A stretch of 64,000 bases of DNA from Thermodesulfobacteriota bacterium (GTDB lineage: Bacteria > Desulfobacterota > Desulfobulbia > Desulfobulbales > SURF-16). The stretch covers positions 1 through 64,000 of the forward strand of contig JBDLIE010000013.1 of assembly GCA_039715015.1 (NCBI GenBank). The letters run 5' to 3'. Shown here one piece after another: positions 36,732 to 47,526 of this stretch. Positions within the stretch are counted from its first letter, which is position 1; every line of letters starts with the position of its first letter. The notes below the pieces were generated by a model. That model made no database searches, had not been told where the DNA came from, and saw only the letters and a program-made list of their open reading frames with translations. The position numbers and the translations under genes are program-made.

Positions 36732-39700
36732 ATGGCTGAGCTCCTTAATAAGAAACTCCGCGGCTTTCATCTCATTGATGCCAGTGCCGGCACCGGAAAG
36801 ACCTATACTATTACGGCCCTGGTGGTCCGTCTGCTTCTTGAAGAACGGTTGACCATTCAGGAGATCCTTGTGGTAACCTACACCGAAGCAGCAGCTACGG
36901 ATCTGCGGGTGCGGATTCGGGAGATGCTGGTTGCGGCCCGTTCTTGTTTCAGCGGCTATGGCTGCCATGAGGAGTTCCTTGCCAAGCTCTATGCAGTTGT
37001 TGCCGACCATGATCAGGCCTGTCGTGATCTGGCCTGTGCCCTCAACGATTTTGATGAGGCAGCCATCTACACCATCCATGGTTTTTGTCAGCGCATGCTT
37101 AAGGAGAATGGCCTGGAGAGCGCTACTCTCTTTGATGTGGAACTGGTGGCCGATCTCAGCGATATCCACTGGCAGGTGGTCTGTGATTATTGGCGTCAAA
37201 GCATGCAGGGCAGGGGACCGTTTTTTCTACACTATCTAAATGAGAGGCTGAGTCCTGAGAAGCTCCAGCAGCTTCTGAAAAATAGCCGGCCCGGCCTCAC
37301 GATCTGTCCTGCAGATTCGGAGACCATGCTTCTGCCAGAGCACGAAGAAGACTTTCTTCGACTCTATGAAGAGGGAACGCGCCTCTGGCCCCAGGCAGCA
37401 GGGGAGGTGGCCAAAACCCTTGCCGATCCAGCGCTCAAGGGTAATAAATTCCAGAAAAAGAGTGTCGCCAAGTGGCTTCTTGCCATCACTGCATATTTTA
37501 ATGGCGAGCTTCTCCTACCTCCAGATTTTTTGGCCAAGGTGACCCAGGAAAATCTCAACCAGGGAGTTAAGAAAAATTGTCAGCCACCCAGCCATGCCTT
37601 TTGCATTTTTGCGGACAAACTCTGGCAGGCCTGGCAGCAGCTTGTTGACGGTTTTGACAGCCATATCCTGGCCATGAAGGCAGGCCTTTTCCCCTTCGCC
37701 GCTCAGGGGATTTCCCAGCTTAAGGAGGAGCAGCGCTTTCTTGGTTTTGATGACCTGCTCACCCGCATTCAAGCCGGTCTTGCCAGCCCTCAAGGACGGG
37801 GCTTGGCCGCCCGGATTAGAAAAAAATATCCTGCTGCCCTCATCGACGAATTCCAGGACACCGATCCCATCCAGTTTGAGATTTTTAACCGTATTCACAC
37901 TGGGGTGCCGGATCACCTTCTCTATCTTATCGGCGATCCCAAACAGGCAATCTATAATTTCCGCGGCGCTGATATCTTTGCCTATCTGGCAGCCGCCAAC
38001 CAGGTAAAGTCTCATTACACCCTGGAGGATAATTATCGCTCAGAGCCTGGCTTGATTAATGCCATAAATGAGGTCTTCAGCGAGGAGGCCGGCCAAGCCA
38101 GTTTTGTCTTTCCGGAGATTGTCTTTCCCCCTGCAAAATGGCCGGGCAAGGATACGGAGCGGCTCCGGGTTGAAGAGGGGGAGGATGCGCCTCTGCAGAT
38201 CATGATGGCAGAGGGCTCAGTTGTCGGTAAGCAGCTTGCGTCTCCGGATAGTAAGATTGTGGCGACCACGGCCTGTTGCGCTGAGATCTGCAGGCTTTTG
38301 CAGCTCGCCGACCAGGGACAGGCCCGGGTCGGGGCTCGGCCCTTGGTGCCGGGGGATATTGCCGTTTTGGTGCGGACCAACGCCGAGGCCCGCCAGGTCC
38401 ACCAGGCTTTGCTCGATGTCGAGGTGGCCAGCGTGGTCAAATCCAGTGATGATCTCTTTGCCTGCCATGAGGCCCGGGAGCTTGTTGCTGTTCTGCAGGC
38501 TGTTACCGACCCAGCTGATGAGAAGAAATTGGTGGCCGCCCTGGCCACAGATATTCTGGGCTGGCCGGCCTTGGCCATATTTGAGCGCGGTGATGATGAG
38601 GCGGTCTGGGACGGGATACTTGAGCGTTTTATGTCCTATAACCGCCTCTGGAATGACAAGGGGTTTATGAGTATGTTTCAGGCCCTGGTCAGTGGCGAGG
38701 AGGTGCGCCAGCGCCTTCTCAGTCTCCATGACGGCGAGCGCCGTCTCACCAATCTCCTTCATCTCGGCGAGGTGCTCCAGGGTCGGAGTAATCTTTCCAT
38801 CCATCACCTCATTGACTATCTCAAACAGGGCGTGGCCGGCAGCCATCGTGGCGAGCATGAGCAAAGACTGGAGAGTGATGCCCTGCGCTTGCAGATCGTC
38901 ACCGTCCATAAGGCCAAAGGCCTGCAGTATTCCGTGGTTTTTTGCCCCTTTCTGTGGGGCGGCTCAAAGGTGACCAGGCATAAGGAGGTTTTTTTCCATG
39001 AGAAAGGAGGTGGCCTCAGCCTTGATATCGGCTCCGCGGATTTTGAGGCCCATAAGGAAATTGCCCTCAGCGAAGAGTTGGCGGAAAATCTTCGCTTGGC
39101 CTATGTGGCTTTGACCCGGGCCAAGAATCGTTGCTACGTGGTATGGGGTCCTTTTTATGGCAGCCAGCAGTCGGCCTTGGCTTATCTTTTCCACAGCGTT
39201 GCCGGAGAGGAGCGAGGCCCATTTATGAGGCGCCTGCAGGCCATGTCGGGAACTGAACTGGCCCAAGATCTTGATGGGCTGCTAGAGCGGGCCCAGGGAG
39301 AGATTGCTCTGGTGGATTGTCCCGGAGAGGTTGCCGGGATGGCCAGGGAGACGGAAGAGATTCCCGAACTCACCATTACCCCTTTTACAGGCAGCATTGA
39401 TCGCACCTGGCAGGTCAGCAGTTTTTCCCGCCTCACCGTTGGTCTTCATCAGGAGGCCTATATTGCCGACCATGATCGGAGTTCGGTTTTGGGCGGTGAC
39501 AGTGGAGTCATGGCTGAACGGTCGGGATTGTCCATTTTCGATTTTCCCAAAGGCGCTGGGCCAGGAACTTTCCTCCACCACCTCTTTGAAAACCTTGATT
39601 TTTCTGATTTCAAAAAAGGCAGGGAAAAGGAGGTGGCTGACTGGCTGGCAACCAAGCTTGGCCAATTCGGCTATGAGGAACATTGGAACAATACTCTCTG

Positions 39701-40295
39701 CAAGATGCTTAAAGAGGTGGTGAGTGCCCAACTTCCCGGCAATGATTTTTGCCTTGCTGATCTTCGGACGGAGGACCGTCTTAACGAGCTTGAATTTCAT
39801 CTCCCCCTGGCCCACTCCCGGGCTGCGGATATGGCCCAAGTTTTCAGCCGCCATGGACATGGAGGAGGTGCGGCTTTTCAGGCCCAAATGGAGCGTCTCG
39901 ACTTCTCCTTGGTCAAGGGCTTTTTAAAGGGCTTTGTCGATCTGGTCTTTTGCCATGGTGAGCGGTTTTACATCATTGACTGGAAGTCCAACTATCTTGG
40001 TCCGGCGTCCGTAGATTATGGCAGCGTCCAGCTCCAGGGGGCCATGGTCGAGGCCAACTATATTCTCCAGTACCATCTCTATACCGTGGCCTTGCATCGC
40101 TATCTTGCCTGTCGCCTGAGTGATTATGATTATGAGCGTCACTTCGGCGGTGTTTTTTATATCTTTCTGCGCGGTGTACGGCAGGGAAGCGAGAAAGGAA
40201 TCTTTTCTGATCGTCCTCAGGTTCGGCTTATTAGCGAGCTTGCCGATCTTTTGGCCTTGCCGGGACAAAATCAGGGAGGAGGGCTGCCGCGATGA
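36732..40295 (+). CDS. recB: Exodeoxyribonuclease V beta subunit
   Basis: ASAGTGKT, IDEFQDTD, GDPKQAIY, VHKAKGL; nuclease GFVDL...IIDWKSN and QYHLY. Confidence 0.96.
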   Translation: MAELLNKKLRGFHLIDASAGTGKTYTITALVVRLLLEERLTIQEILVVTYTEAAATDLRVRIREMLVAARSCFSGYGCHEEFLAKLYAVVADHDQACRDLACALNDFDEAAIYTIHGFCQRMLKENGLESATLFDVELVADLSDIHWQVVCDYWRQSMQGRGPFFLHYLNERLSPEKLQQLLKNSRPGLTICPADSETMLLPEHEEDFLRLYEEGTRLWPQAAGEVAKTLADPALKGNKFQKKSVAKWLLAITAYFNGELLLPPDFLAKVTQENLNQGVKKNCQPPSHAFCIFADKLWQAWQQLVDGFDSHILAMKAGLFPFAAQGISQLKEEQRFLGFDDLLTRIQAGLASPQGRGLAARIRKKYPAALIDEFQDTDPIQFEIFNRIHTGVPDHLLYLIGDPKQAIYNFRGADIFAYLAAANQVKSHYTLEDNYRSEPGLINAINEVFSEEAGQASFVFPEIVFPPAKWPGKDTERLRVEEGEDAPLQIMMAEGSVVGKQLASPDSKIVATTACCAEICRLLQLADQGQARVGARPLVPGDIAVLVRTNAEARQVHQALLDVEVASVVKSSDDLFACHEARELVAVLQAVTDPADEKKLVAALATDILGWPALAIFERGDDEAVWDGILERFMSYNRLWNDKGFMSMFQALVSGEEVRQRLLSLHDGERRLTNLLHLGEVLQGRSNLSIHHLIDYLKQGVAGSHRGEHEQRLESDALRLQIVTVHKAKGLQYSVVFCPFLWGGSKVTRHKEVFFHEKGGGLSLDIGSADFEAHKEIALSEELAENLRLAYVALTRAKNRCYVVWGPFYGSQQSALAYLFHSVAGEERGPFMRRLQAMSGTELAQDLDGLLERAQGEIALVDCPGEVAGMARETEEIPELTITPFTGSIDRTWQVSSFSRLTVGLHQEAYIADHDRSSVLGGDSGVMAERSGLSIFDFPKGAGPGTFLHHLFENLDFSDFKKGREKEVADWLATKLGQFGYEEHWNNTLCKMLKEVVSAQLPGNDFCLADLRTEDRLNELEFHLPLAHSRAADMAQVFSRHGHGGGAAFQAQMERLDFSLVKGFLKGFVDLVFCHGERFYIIDWKSNYLGPASVDYGSVQLQGAMVEANYILQYHLYTVALHRYLACRLSDYDYERHFGGVFYIFLRGVRQGSEKGIFSDRPQVRLISELADLLALPGQNQGGGLPR

Positions 40296-42052
40296 GTGGA
40301 AAATTTGAACAAGAGGCTAATGGCCTGGAGCGCTATTTTTCTGAATTCATCCAGAGGTTGGCCGGTGACCAGGGTTCTCCAGAGCTGTTTGCGGCGGTGA
40401 GTGGGCTGGCCAGGGCCAGGGGAGGGGGCCATATCTGTATCAATCTTTCCTCAGTGGCAGATGGCAAGAGTGCCGAGGCCTTGGGCGATCTGCTTCTGGC
40501 AACATCGGTTGTTGGCCTTCCTGGTGAGACGGTCCCCCTTATTATTGATGGTTCATCTCTCTATCTCCATCGCTATCATCAGGCCGAGACCCTGGTGGCC
40601 GACTTTATTAAAAAACGCCAGAAGGGTGAGTTGCATGACTTGCCCTTGTCGGCATTCACTGCTGCCCTGCAGAAGTTTTTCCCTGGGGCAGATCGGCAAA
40701 GGCCTGATTGGCAGCAGGTGGCGGCCATGGCAGCCATCAGCCGCAAGTTTACCGTGATCAGCGGCGGGCCTGGGACCGGCAAGACCACCACAGTGGCAAA
40801 GATACTGGCCATTTATCAAGAGCTGTATCAGGGCCAGGGCAGGGTTATCAGGCTGGCCGCCCCCACAGGCAAGGCCGCAGCCCGCCTCCAGGAGTCTATC
40901 CAAGAGGCCAAGGTCCGCCTGCCTGTCTCAGAGGAAAGGCGCGATGAGCTGCCCCATGAAACCGTGACCATCCATCGTCTTCTCGGCCTTTTCGGGGGAC
41001 GGCCCCGTTATAGTCGTCAGCAGCCCCTTAATGCAGATTTGGTAGTCATTGATGAGGCCTCCATGGTGGATTTGCCTCTCATGGCCCAGCTGATGGACGC
41101 CTTGCCGGAGGAATGCAGCCTTGTTTTGCTAGGTGACCATTACCAGCTCTCCTCAGTGCAGCCTGGCGCCGTTCTCGGAGATATCTGCAGCAGGGGTGAG
41201 GGGTTCACCGATCAGTTCCAGCAGTTGGCCAACGACATGGGGGTTCAGTTAGGGTCGCTTGCAAGCCGTGAAAACTCCTTGGCCGATTCAATTATCACCC
41301 TGCGTGACTCATATCGTTTTGATGAGAATAGTGGTATCCGGAGACTGAGTGAGGCGGTTAATGGCGGCCAGGGCGAAGAGGCCTTGGCAATTCTTGCCGA
41401 TGAGAGTTGTCCTGATGTGAAGATAGACGACTATGGCGCCAGCTGCGAAAATCTCGTTGAAACAGCACTCTATCCTATTTTTGCAAGTTTTACGAATGCT
41501 CGCAGGCAGGGAGAGCATTTTGACTCTCTTGGCAAGCTGGGCGTACTCTGTGCCCATCGGCAGGGATCTTCCGGTATGGAGAGAATTAATGAGTTGCTGG
41601 TTAAGCTGGGGGCCAGGGCTGGCGGGGCGGCAAAACCTCTCTATCCTGGCCTGCCGATCATGATTGCCAGTAACAACTATGAATTGGAACTTTATAATGG
41701 TGACACTGGTGTGATTAGCCAGGAGAATGGCCGATTTTACGCCTGCTTTCCTGCTTACCAAGGCGTACATCGGGTCTTGGCCCGCAGGTTGCCGCCCTAT
41801 AATCCGGCCTATGCCATGACTGTCCATAAGAGTCAGGGCTCGGAATTTGAGCGGGTGGTTGTTGTTTTGCCTGCTCAGCCCTCACGGGTTCTTGGCCGTG
41901 AGCTTCTCTACACTGCCTTGACAAGGGCCAGGCAGTCGGTGGAGATTTGGGGGAAACGGGAGATCTTTCTGCAGGCAGTGGCAACGCCGGTTCAGCGTGT
42001 GTCAGGTCTGTCTCGGCGCTTATGGGGACATGCTGATGTCCATCAGTCATAG
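40292..42052 (+). CDS. recD: Exodeoxyribonuclease V alpha subunit
   Basis: GGPGTGKTT, APTGKAA, DEASM, YAMTVHKSQGSEF and YTALTRA. Confidence 0.96.
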   Translation: MSGKFEQEANGLERYFSEFIQRLAGDQGSPELFAAVSGLARARGGGHICINLSSVADGKSAEALGDLLLATSVVGLPGETVPLIIDGSSLYLHRYHQAETLVADFIKKRQKGELHDLPLSAFTAALQKFFPGADRQRPDWQQVAAMAAISRKFTVISGGPGTGKTTTVAKILAIYQELYQGQGRVIRLAAPTGKAAARLQESIQEAKVRLPVSEERRDELPHETVTIHRLLGLFGGRPRYSRQQPLNADLVVIDEASMVDLPLMAQLMDALPEECSLVLLGDHYQLSSVQPGAVLGDICSRGEGFTDQFQQLANDMGVQLGSLASRENSLADSIITLRDSYRFDENSGIRRLSEAVNGGQGEEALAILADESCPDVKIDDYGASCENLVETALYPIFASFTNARRQGEHFDSLGKLGVLCAHRQGSSGMERINELLVKLGARAGGAAKPLYPGLPIMIASNNYELELYNGDTGVISQENGRFYACFPAYQGVHRVLARRLPPYNPAYAMTVHKSQGSEFERVVVVLPAQPSRVLGRELLYTALTRARQSVEIWGKREIFLQAVATPVQRVSGLSRRLWGHADVHQS

Positions 42053-42375
42053 AGACGCAACTCTCTGAGGCCTTGCGCTCTGGAGTGGGGGGATTGGTTG
42101 TCCTGGGGCTGGGCGGCTGCTTTCGGTCGTTTCTTGCTGTTTTTGGGTATAAATACTGGGACTGCCGGCGGTTTTTTCTTGATTTTTGATGACCTGTTCT
42201 GCGCTTTCAGTCTTGCCTGATTATGGAAAGTATGGTAGCGTATTCTGCTGTTTGCCCTAGATGTGGGTATTTTTCTTTGCCCCTTACAGTCGCGGTAAAC
42301 GTCTTGTTTTTTCGCCTGTTTTCTCCTGTTTTGCGGGTAGGTCTTTGTAAAGAAGCAATCTGGAGCAAGGTACAT
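42043..42375 (-). CDS. Possible small basic hypothetical protein
   Basis: K/R-rich ORF filling the recD-pycA gap; no recognisable motif and start uncertain. Confidence 0.25.
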   Translation of the reverse strand: MYLAPDCFFTKTYPQNRRKQAKKQDVYRDCKGQRKIPTSRANSRIRYHTFHNQARLKAQNRSSKIKKKPPAVPVFIPKNSKKRPKAAAQPQDNQSPHSRAQGLRELRLYD

Positions 42376-42473
42376 CTCCCACCGCCGGTGGTGAGGTTTT
42401 CATAATAAACAGCCTGTTGTTCTTCATAGAATGAAGGTTGGGTTGAAACAGAAATATTTTAAGAGGTGTCCTG

Positions 42474-43919
42474 TTGAAAAAGAAAATTCTGGTAGCAAAT
42501 CGTGGTGAAATCGCGTGCCGGATTATCCGAGCCATTCAGGAGCTTGGTCATACAGCTGTAGCCGTTTATGAAACACCGGATAACGCCGCCCTTCATATTC
42601 GTGTTGCAGATGAGGCCATCTGGCTTGGTGACGGCCCCCGTTGCGATTATCTCAATATTGATACAATCATAAAGGTCGCCAAGAGTCACCATGTCGATGG
42701 CATCCATCCCGGTTACGGTTTTCTGGCTGAAAACGCTGATTTCGCCAAGGCCTGTGAGGAAAACGATATTACCTTTATCGGTCCCACTTCCAAGGTTATC
42801 AGTACTCTCGGCGACAAGGTGACGGCCCGTAAGATCATGGCCGAAGCCAAGATCCCCATGGTGCCAGGAACCGACAATTTGCCTGCTGATGAGGGCGAGG
42901 CAGTCAAGCAGGCCCTGGAGTTTGCCAATCGGGTCGGCTATCCAATTATGCTTAAGGCCACTGCCGGTGGCGGCGGTCGCGGTATCCGCCAGGTGGATAA
43001 TGATGACCAGATGCTTGAGCAGTTCCAAATTGCCAAGGCTGAGGCCAAGGCAGCCTTCTCCAGTGATGATATCTACATGGAAAAGGTGGTAGTAAAGCCG
43101 AAACATATTGAGGTCCAGATTATTGCCGATGAGTTCGGTAACACTGTCCACCTCGGCACCCGTGACTGCTCCATCCAGCGTCGTAATCAAAAGTTGGTTG
43201 AGATTGCCCCATCGCTTATTGAAGACCAGAAGCTTCTCGATGAGATCTGTGATACAGCGGTACGCGCTGCCCAGGCTGCTAACTATACCAATGCCGGTAC
43301 GGTTGAGTTTCTGATCGATAAAGACATGAATTATTACTTCATGGAGATCAATACCCGTATCCAGGTTGAGCATACTGTTACCGAGATGGTTACCGGCGTG
43401 GATATTGTCCGGACTCAGCTCAAACTTGCCTTTGGCAAGAAGCTGGTCTTTGGCCAGGATGAAATCCAGATTCGCGGCTATGCTATCGAAATGCGAATCA
43501 ATGCTGAAGACCCCCAGAACGACTTCATGCCTGAGGGTGGCAAGACCGTTACCACCTATCGGTCACCTGGTGGTTATGGCGTGCGTTTGGATGGTTTTGT
43601 CTATCAGGGCTTTACCATCCCCCAGGTTTATGATTCTCTCCTTGTGAAGATGACGGTGTTCGGTTTCTCCTGGAACGAGACGGTTGACCGTCTGCGTCGG
43701 TGTCTTTCCAACTATGTGATTACCGGACCCAAAACAACCATCCCCTTCTATCTGCAACTGGTCGACGAGCCTCAGTTTCAGTCCGGGGATTTTGACACAT
43801 CCTACCTTGAGAATCATCCAGAGCTTCTGGAGTATAAGGATGATGATTCCGAGGGGAATAAGCTTGCCGCTCTCATTGCCGAGATTCATCACAAGGGTTT
43901 TAATCCCTATGCGGCCTAA
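42474..43919 (+). CDS. pycA: Biotin carboxylase subunit of a two-subunit pyruvate carboxylase-like enzyme
   Basis: ANRGEIA, HPGYGFLAEN, GGGGRG, RDCSIQRR, EINTRIQVEH and RINAED. Confidence 0.88.
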   Translation: MKKKILVANRGEIACRIIRAIQELGHTAVAVYETPDNAALHIRVADEAIWLGDGPRCDYLNIDTIIKVAKSHHVDGIHPGYGFLAENADFAKACEENDITFIGPTSKVISTLGDKVTARKIMAEAKIPMVPGTDNLPADEGEAVKQALEFANRVGYPIMLKATAGGGGRGIRQVDNDDQMLEQFQIAKAEAKAAFSSDDIYMEKVVVKPKHIEVQIIADEFGNTVHLGTRDCSIQRRNQKLVEIAPSLIEDQKLLDEICDTAVRAAQAANYTNAGTVEFLIDKDMNYYFMEINTRIQVEHTVTEMVTGVDIVRTQLKLAFGKKLVFGQDEIQIRGYAIEMRINAEDPQNDFMPEGGKTVTTYRSPGGYGVRLDGFVYQGFTIPQVYDSLLVKMTVFGFSWNETVDRLRRCLSNYVITGPKTTIPFYLQLVDEPQFQSGDFDTSYLENHPELLEYKDDDSEGNKLAALIAEIHHKGFNPYAA

Positions 43920-43972
43920 GCCTGACGGCGTAGAAGAAGATTTATTGCGTAAATTTATAAAGAGGAGTCACC

Positions 43973-45898
43973 ATGAACCGCATCGTTCAAGGTATGAATA
44001 TAAAGGAAGTACTGAAAAATGTTCGTGAGGCTGATGGCTATTACATCACCAATACGGCCCGCGACCTGTCCCAGTCCGACTTTAAGAACCGAATCCTGCT
44101 CGACACCGATCTCAAGGCTGCCGAAGCCAGGGAGAAGGCGGGTTATTTTTCACTGGAGATCACCGGCGGCGCCTCCGTCCATGTCGATATTCTCCGCAAG
44201 CAGGTCGATCCCTTCCTGAAGCTGAAACTGCTCCGGGAGGCCATGCCCAACACCATGTTCCAGACCCTGTGCCGTGGTGTTAATCTTTTTGGTTACCGGC
44301 CCTATCCTCAGAACGTCATCCGCTTAACCGTACGTGAGTTTGCCAAATATGTCGATGTTTGGCGGGTGTTTGACTTCATGAATTATATCCCCAATATGCA
44401 GGCCGTGTTTGAAGAGGTGCAGGAGGCCGGCAAAATTCTCGAGCCCTGTATCTGTTTTTCCACCGGTCCCGAACATACCGACGAATTTTATGTCAGCAAG
44501 GTTGATGAGATTCTCGATGTCACCGGTGAGGACATTGTTCTCTGTATTAAAAATCATGGCGGTCTTGGTACACCAAAGCGTATTGGTGACCTGGTCAGCG
44601 CCATCAAGGACAAGCATCCTGATCTGGTTCTTCATTACCATGGTCATAATACCGATGGTAATGATATTGGCCGGATCACCGCCGCTGTTTTAAACGGCGC
44701 CGAAATTGTTGATGCCTCAGACCATTCGTTCTGTGGTTTCTATGGCCCGCCACCAATTCTGTCGGTTATGCAGACTTTGGAGGAGTATGGCCATAAGGCG
44801 GTTACCGTTGATCCTGAAGCAGTTATTGCCTCTTCAGATGCCATCCGTGATGAGCGTCCCCATTACGAGCTTTTTGAGTCTCAGTTTAAGGGTTTTCTTC
44901 CCACCGTCCAGATCCACAAACTGCCCGGTGGCGCCATGGGTTCCAGTCTGGAGCAGGCTGAAAAGGGCGGTTTCTTGAAGAAGATGCCTGATATCCTCCA
45001 TAAGGAGCTTCCTCAGGTTCAGAAAGAGCTTGGTAATTACTGGTCTGTAACCCCTGGTTCCCAGATCCTCTGGACCACTGCGGTTTCAAATGTCCAGGGT
45101 GGTGATCGTTACGGCAACGCCTCCGGCGATCTGCGTAATCTCCTCCTTGGTAAGTACGGTCCTTTTCCATTCTATAAGCCAGCGGATTGGATTTATGAGA
45201 AGGTTCTTGGCCCGGATTGGCAGAAGGTTCTCGAAGAAGAGGGCGGCCTTGAAGATATCGAAGATATTGATGTTGAGAAGGAACGCCAGACCCTGACCGA
45301 ACGCATAGGCCAGGAGCCCACCGAGCAACAGCTTGTTCTCTACCTCCAGCATCCCAATGATGCCGTGGAATTTTTCAAGTTTGAGGAGAAATTCGGCAAG
45401 GTCTATGTGCTGCCTCCCTCCATCTTCTTAAAGCGTGGAGGTTTTGACTTGGGTGAGGATATTACCTTTACCGATAATCTTGGCAAAGACCATCACATCA
45501 CTGTTGGTCCGGCCCAGCAGGATGAAGAGGGTGCGACCACTATCTATCTCAATGTTGATCACCATAGCCGTAGCTATGTCATGGCTGCCGAACAGGTGGC
45601 CGGTGCAGCCGCTGCCGAGCCGGAGATCGGCAAGGAAGAGATCGAAGAGCTGGCTTTGGTTGGTGATGTTCGAGCTCCTTTTACAGCCAATGTCTGCGAA
45701 GTAGCTGTCGAGGTTGGTCAGGATGTTGCCGAGGGTGACACCTTGGTTGTCGTCGAGGCCATGAAGATGCAAACCCCGGTGGTTGCCAAGATCAGCGGTG
45801 TTGTGACAACTGTTTCCGCTAAGGTGGGTGATGCCGTGAAGCCCGGCGATAAACTGGTGAAACTTAATAACGGTGACCAAGAGGAAGACGAAGAATAA
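43973..45898 (+). CDS. pycB: Carboxyltransferase plus biotin-carrier subunit (pyruvate carboxylase B-like)
   Basis: RGVNLFGYRPYP, RVFD, HYHGH, LPGG, VTPGSQ and the EAMKM biotinylation site. Confidence 0.82.
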   Translation: MNRIVQGMNIKEVLKNVREADGYYITNTARDLSQSDFKNRILLDTDLKAAEAREKAGYFSLEITGGASVHVDILRKQVDPFLKLKLLREAMPNTMFQTLCRGVNLFGYRPYPQNVIRLTVREFAKYVDVWRVFDFMNYIPNMQAVFEEVQEAGKILEPCICFSTGPEHTDEFYVSKVDEILDVTGEDIVLCIKNHGGLGTPKRIGDLVSAIKDKHPDLVLHYHGHNTDGNDIGRITAAVLNGAEIVDASDHSFCGFYGPPPILSVMQTLEEYGHKAVTVDPEAVIASSDAIRDERPHYELFESQFKGFLPTVQIHKLPGGAMGSSLEQAEKGGFLKKMPDILHKELPQVQKELGNYWSVTPGSQILWTTAVSNVQGGDRYGNASGDLRNLLLGKYGPFPFYKPADWIYEKVLGPDWQKVLEEEGGLEDIEDIDVEKERQTLTERIGQEPTEQQLVLYLQHPNDAVEFFKFEEKFGKVYVLPPSIFLKRGGFDLGEDITFTDNLGKDHHITVGPAQQDEEGATTIYLNVDHHSRSYVMAAEQVAGAAAAEPEIGKEEIEELALVGDVRAPFTANVCEVAVEVGQDVAEGDTLVVVEAMKMQTPVVAKISGVVTTVSAKVGDAVKPGDKLVKLNNGDQEEDEE

Positions 45899-45921
45899 AT
45901 TTTTCGTTTCCGTCCTGCTCA

Positions 45922-45972
45922 CACATAAAAAAAGCCCATGGTGATTCAAACACTGTGGGCTTTTTTTATGTG
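45922..45972 (+). terminator. Rho-independent terminator
   Basis: CACATAAAAAAAGCCCA...TGGGCTTTTTTTATGTG 17-bp inverted repeat. Confidence 0.85.
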
Positions 45973-46039
45973 ATTACTATCGAACTTCAGCCAATTATTG
46001 ATCACTATGGTGCATGGTTTTACATGAACGCTTTGAATT

Positions 46040-46124
46040 TGTAGGAGCCCGGCCCTCCGGGCGATCAGAACCTCTCTTTTGTCCGACTCTCGCCCTTTAT
46101 CGCCCGGAGGGCCGGGCTCCTACA
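46040..46124. repeat. GTAG-type REP doublet (REPIN)
   Basis: TGTAGGAGCCCGGCCCTCCGGGCGAT and its perfect 26-bp reverse complement, 33 bp apart. Confidence 0.82.
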
Positions 46125-46532
46125 GCATCCTGTCTCGAAAATGGCTGAAGATGAGAGGTGATCAGATTCTTTTATGTGGGCAAAACCTTCTGCCTAGGAG
46201 CATTACACATCATCACCTATGAGGATCACGGAGTTTTTTGAGCCGAACCCCGTGTTGGTCCGTGCAGAATTTTCTCCGCTATGATGGGCCAATAAATATC
46301 TCTGGAGAGGGCCTAATACTCTCTTGAAATGTGTTCAGTGGTCCAGGGATAAGAATTACCGTTGAAAAAGGATTAATCAAAGGGTGGTCGATGTAGCAAT
46401 ATAAGGGGAGTTTTCAATTCCCTTGGTAAATATTTTTTGCTGACCTGTTTTTCTATATAGGGTAATATACCTATTGTTTAAGTATAATTTGACAACTCTT
46501 TTGATATCTAAATAACAAAGTTTAAGGAGAAA

Positions 46533-47498
46533 GTGATGAAAATTAAAGGTGTTATAGCACTAGTTGCTCTTTCTGTTTGTCTGACATTGGCGACAGACTC
46601 CCATGCTCGTAAAAAGAGAATAGTTTTTGGTGGTGGTCCTGCTGGTGGTACCTTTCAGGTGGTGGCTAACGCCATCCAGGTCTATAAGCCAATTAAGAAT
46701 ATGGACGGTTTTGCGGTCAAGGCCCAATCCTCAGCCGGTTCCGTTGAGAACCTCCGCAAGGTGAACTCCGGCAAGTCCGATTTTGGCGTTGTTTACTCCG
46801 GCCACGTGTATCTGGGCCGTAACGGCATGATGAAGAACGACACCAATAAGTATGAAAATGTTATGGCCGTTGCCTATCTTTACGGCGCTCCAGCCCAGCT
46901 TGTTGTCCGGAAGGGATCTGGAATCAAAAGCGTTAAAGACCTTGCCGGCAAACGCGTGGGTGTTGGTAATGCTGGTTCCGGTGCCTTTGCTAACTGCGAG
47001 TTGTTCTTCACTCATATGGGGGTATGGGACAAGGTAAAGCGGAATCCCATGGGCTATAATGACGCGGCCGCAGCCTTTGGCAACAAACAACTTGACGCCT
47101 TCTGGCTCTTTACTGCTTTTCCAAGTGGCGCCGTGATTATGGCAGCCCAGACCAATGATATTGACCTGATTGATCTTGATGCTGACGCCAAGGCCTCTGG
47201 CTTTTACGAAAAATATCCCTATTTCGCTAAACTTGCTGTGCCGGCAAAGACCTACCGCGGTGTTGCCAAAAGAACACCTTCTTTTCAGGATTCCACCCTC
47301 TGGGTAGCAAACGCCAATGTGGCGGATGATGTTGTCTATAAGATGCTTTCTGCTATCTACACTGATGAAGGACTGGCTCATATGGTAAGCCAGAAAAAGA
47401 CCTTCAAAGAGATGAGCATTGCCACGGGCACCAATGGTATCGTTACCCCTATGCATCCGGGAGCTATTAAATTCTGGAAGGAAAAAGGGATGCTGTAA
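46533..47498 (+). CDS. TAXI-family TRAP transporter solute-binding subunit
   Basis: Signal peptide; GGPAGGTF, SAGSVENL, DLAGKRVGVGNAGSG and PMHPGAIKFWKE. Confidence 0.93.
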   Translation: MMKIKGVIALVALSVCLTLATDSHARKKRIVFGGGPAGGTFQVVANAIQVYKPIKNMDGFAVKAQSSAGSVENLRKVNSGKSDFGVVYSGHVYLGRNGMMKNDTNKYENVMAVAYLYGAPAQLVVRKGSGIKSVKDLAGKRVGVGNAGSGAFANCELFFTHMGVWDKVKRNPMGYNDAAAAFGNKQLDAFWLFTAFPSGAVIMAAQTNDIDLIDLDADAKASGFYEKYPYFAKLAVPAKTYRGVAKRTPSFQDSTLWVANANVADDVVYKMLSAIYTDEGLAHMVSQKKTFKEMSIATGTNGIVTPMHPGAIKFWKEKGML

Positions 47499-47526
47499 GC
47501 TGTGTATTCTTTTTGAATGAAAATGC

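Noticed and set aside
33541..42052. recCBD as a novel defence helicase-nuclease system
   Set aside because: Motifs and gene order match the ordinary RecBCD repair complex.
46150..46530. Riboswitch upstream of the TAXI-TRAP operon
   Set aside because: GGGCAAAACC is only a partial resemblance to the c-di-GMP-I motif; the second stem is missing.
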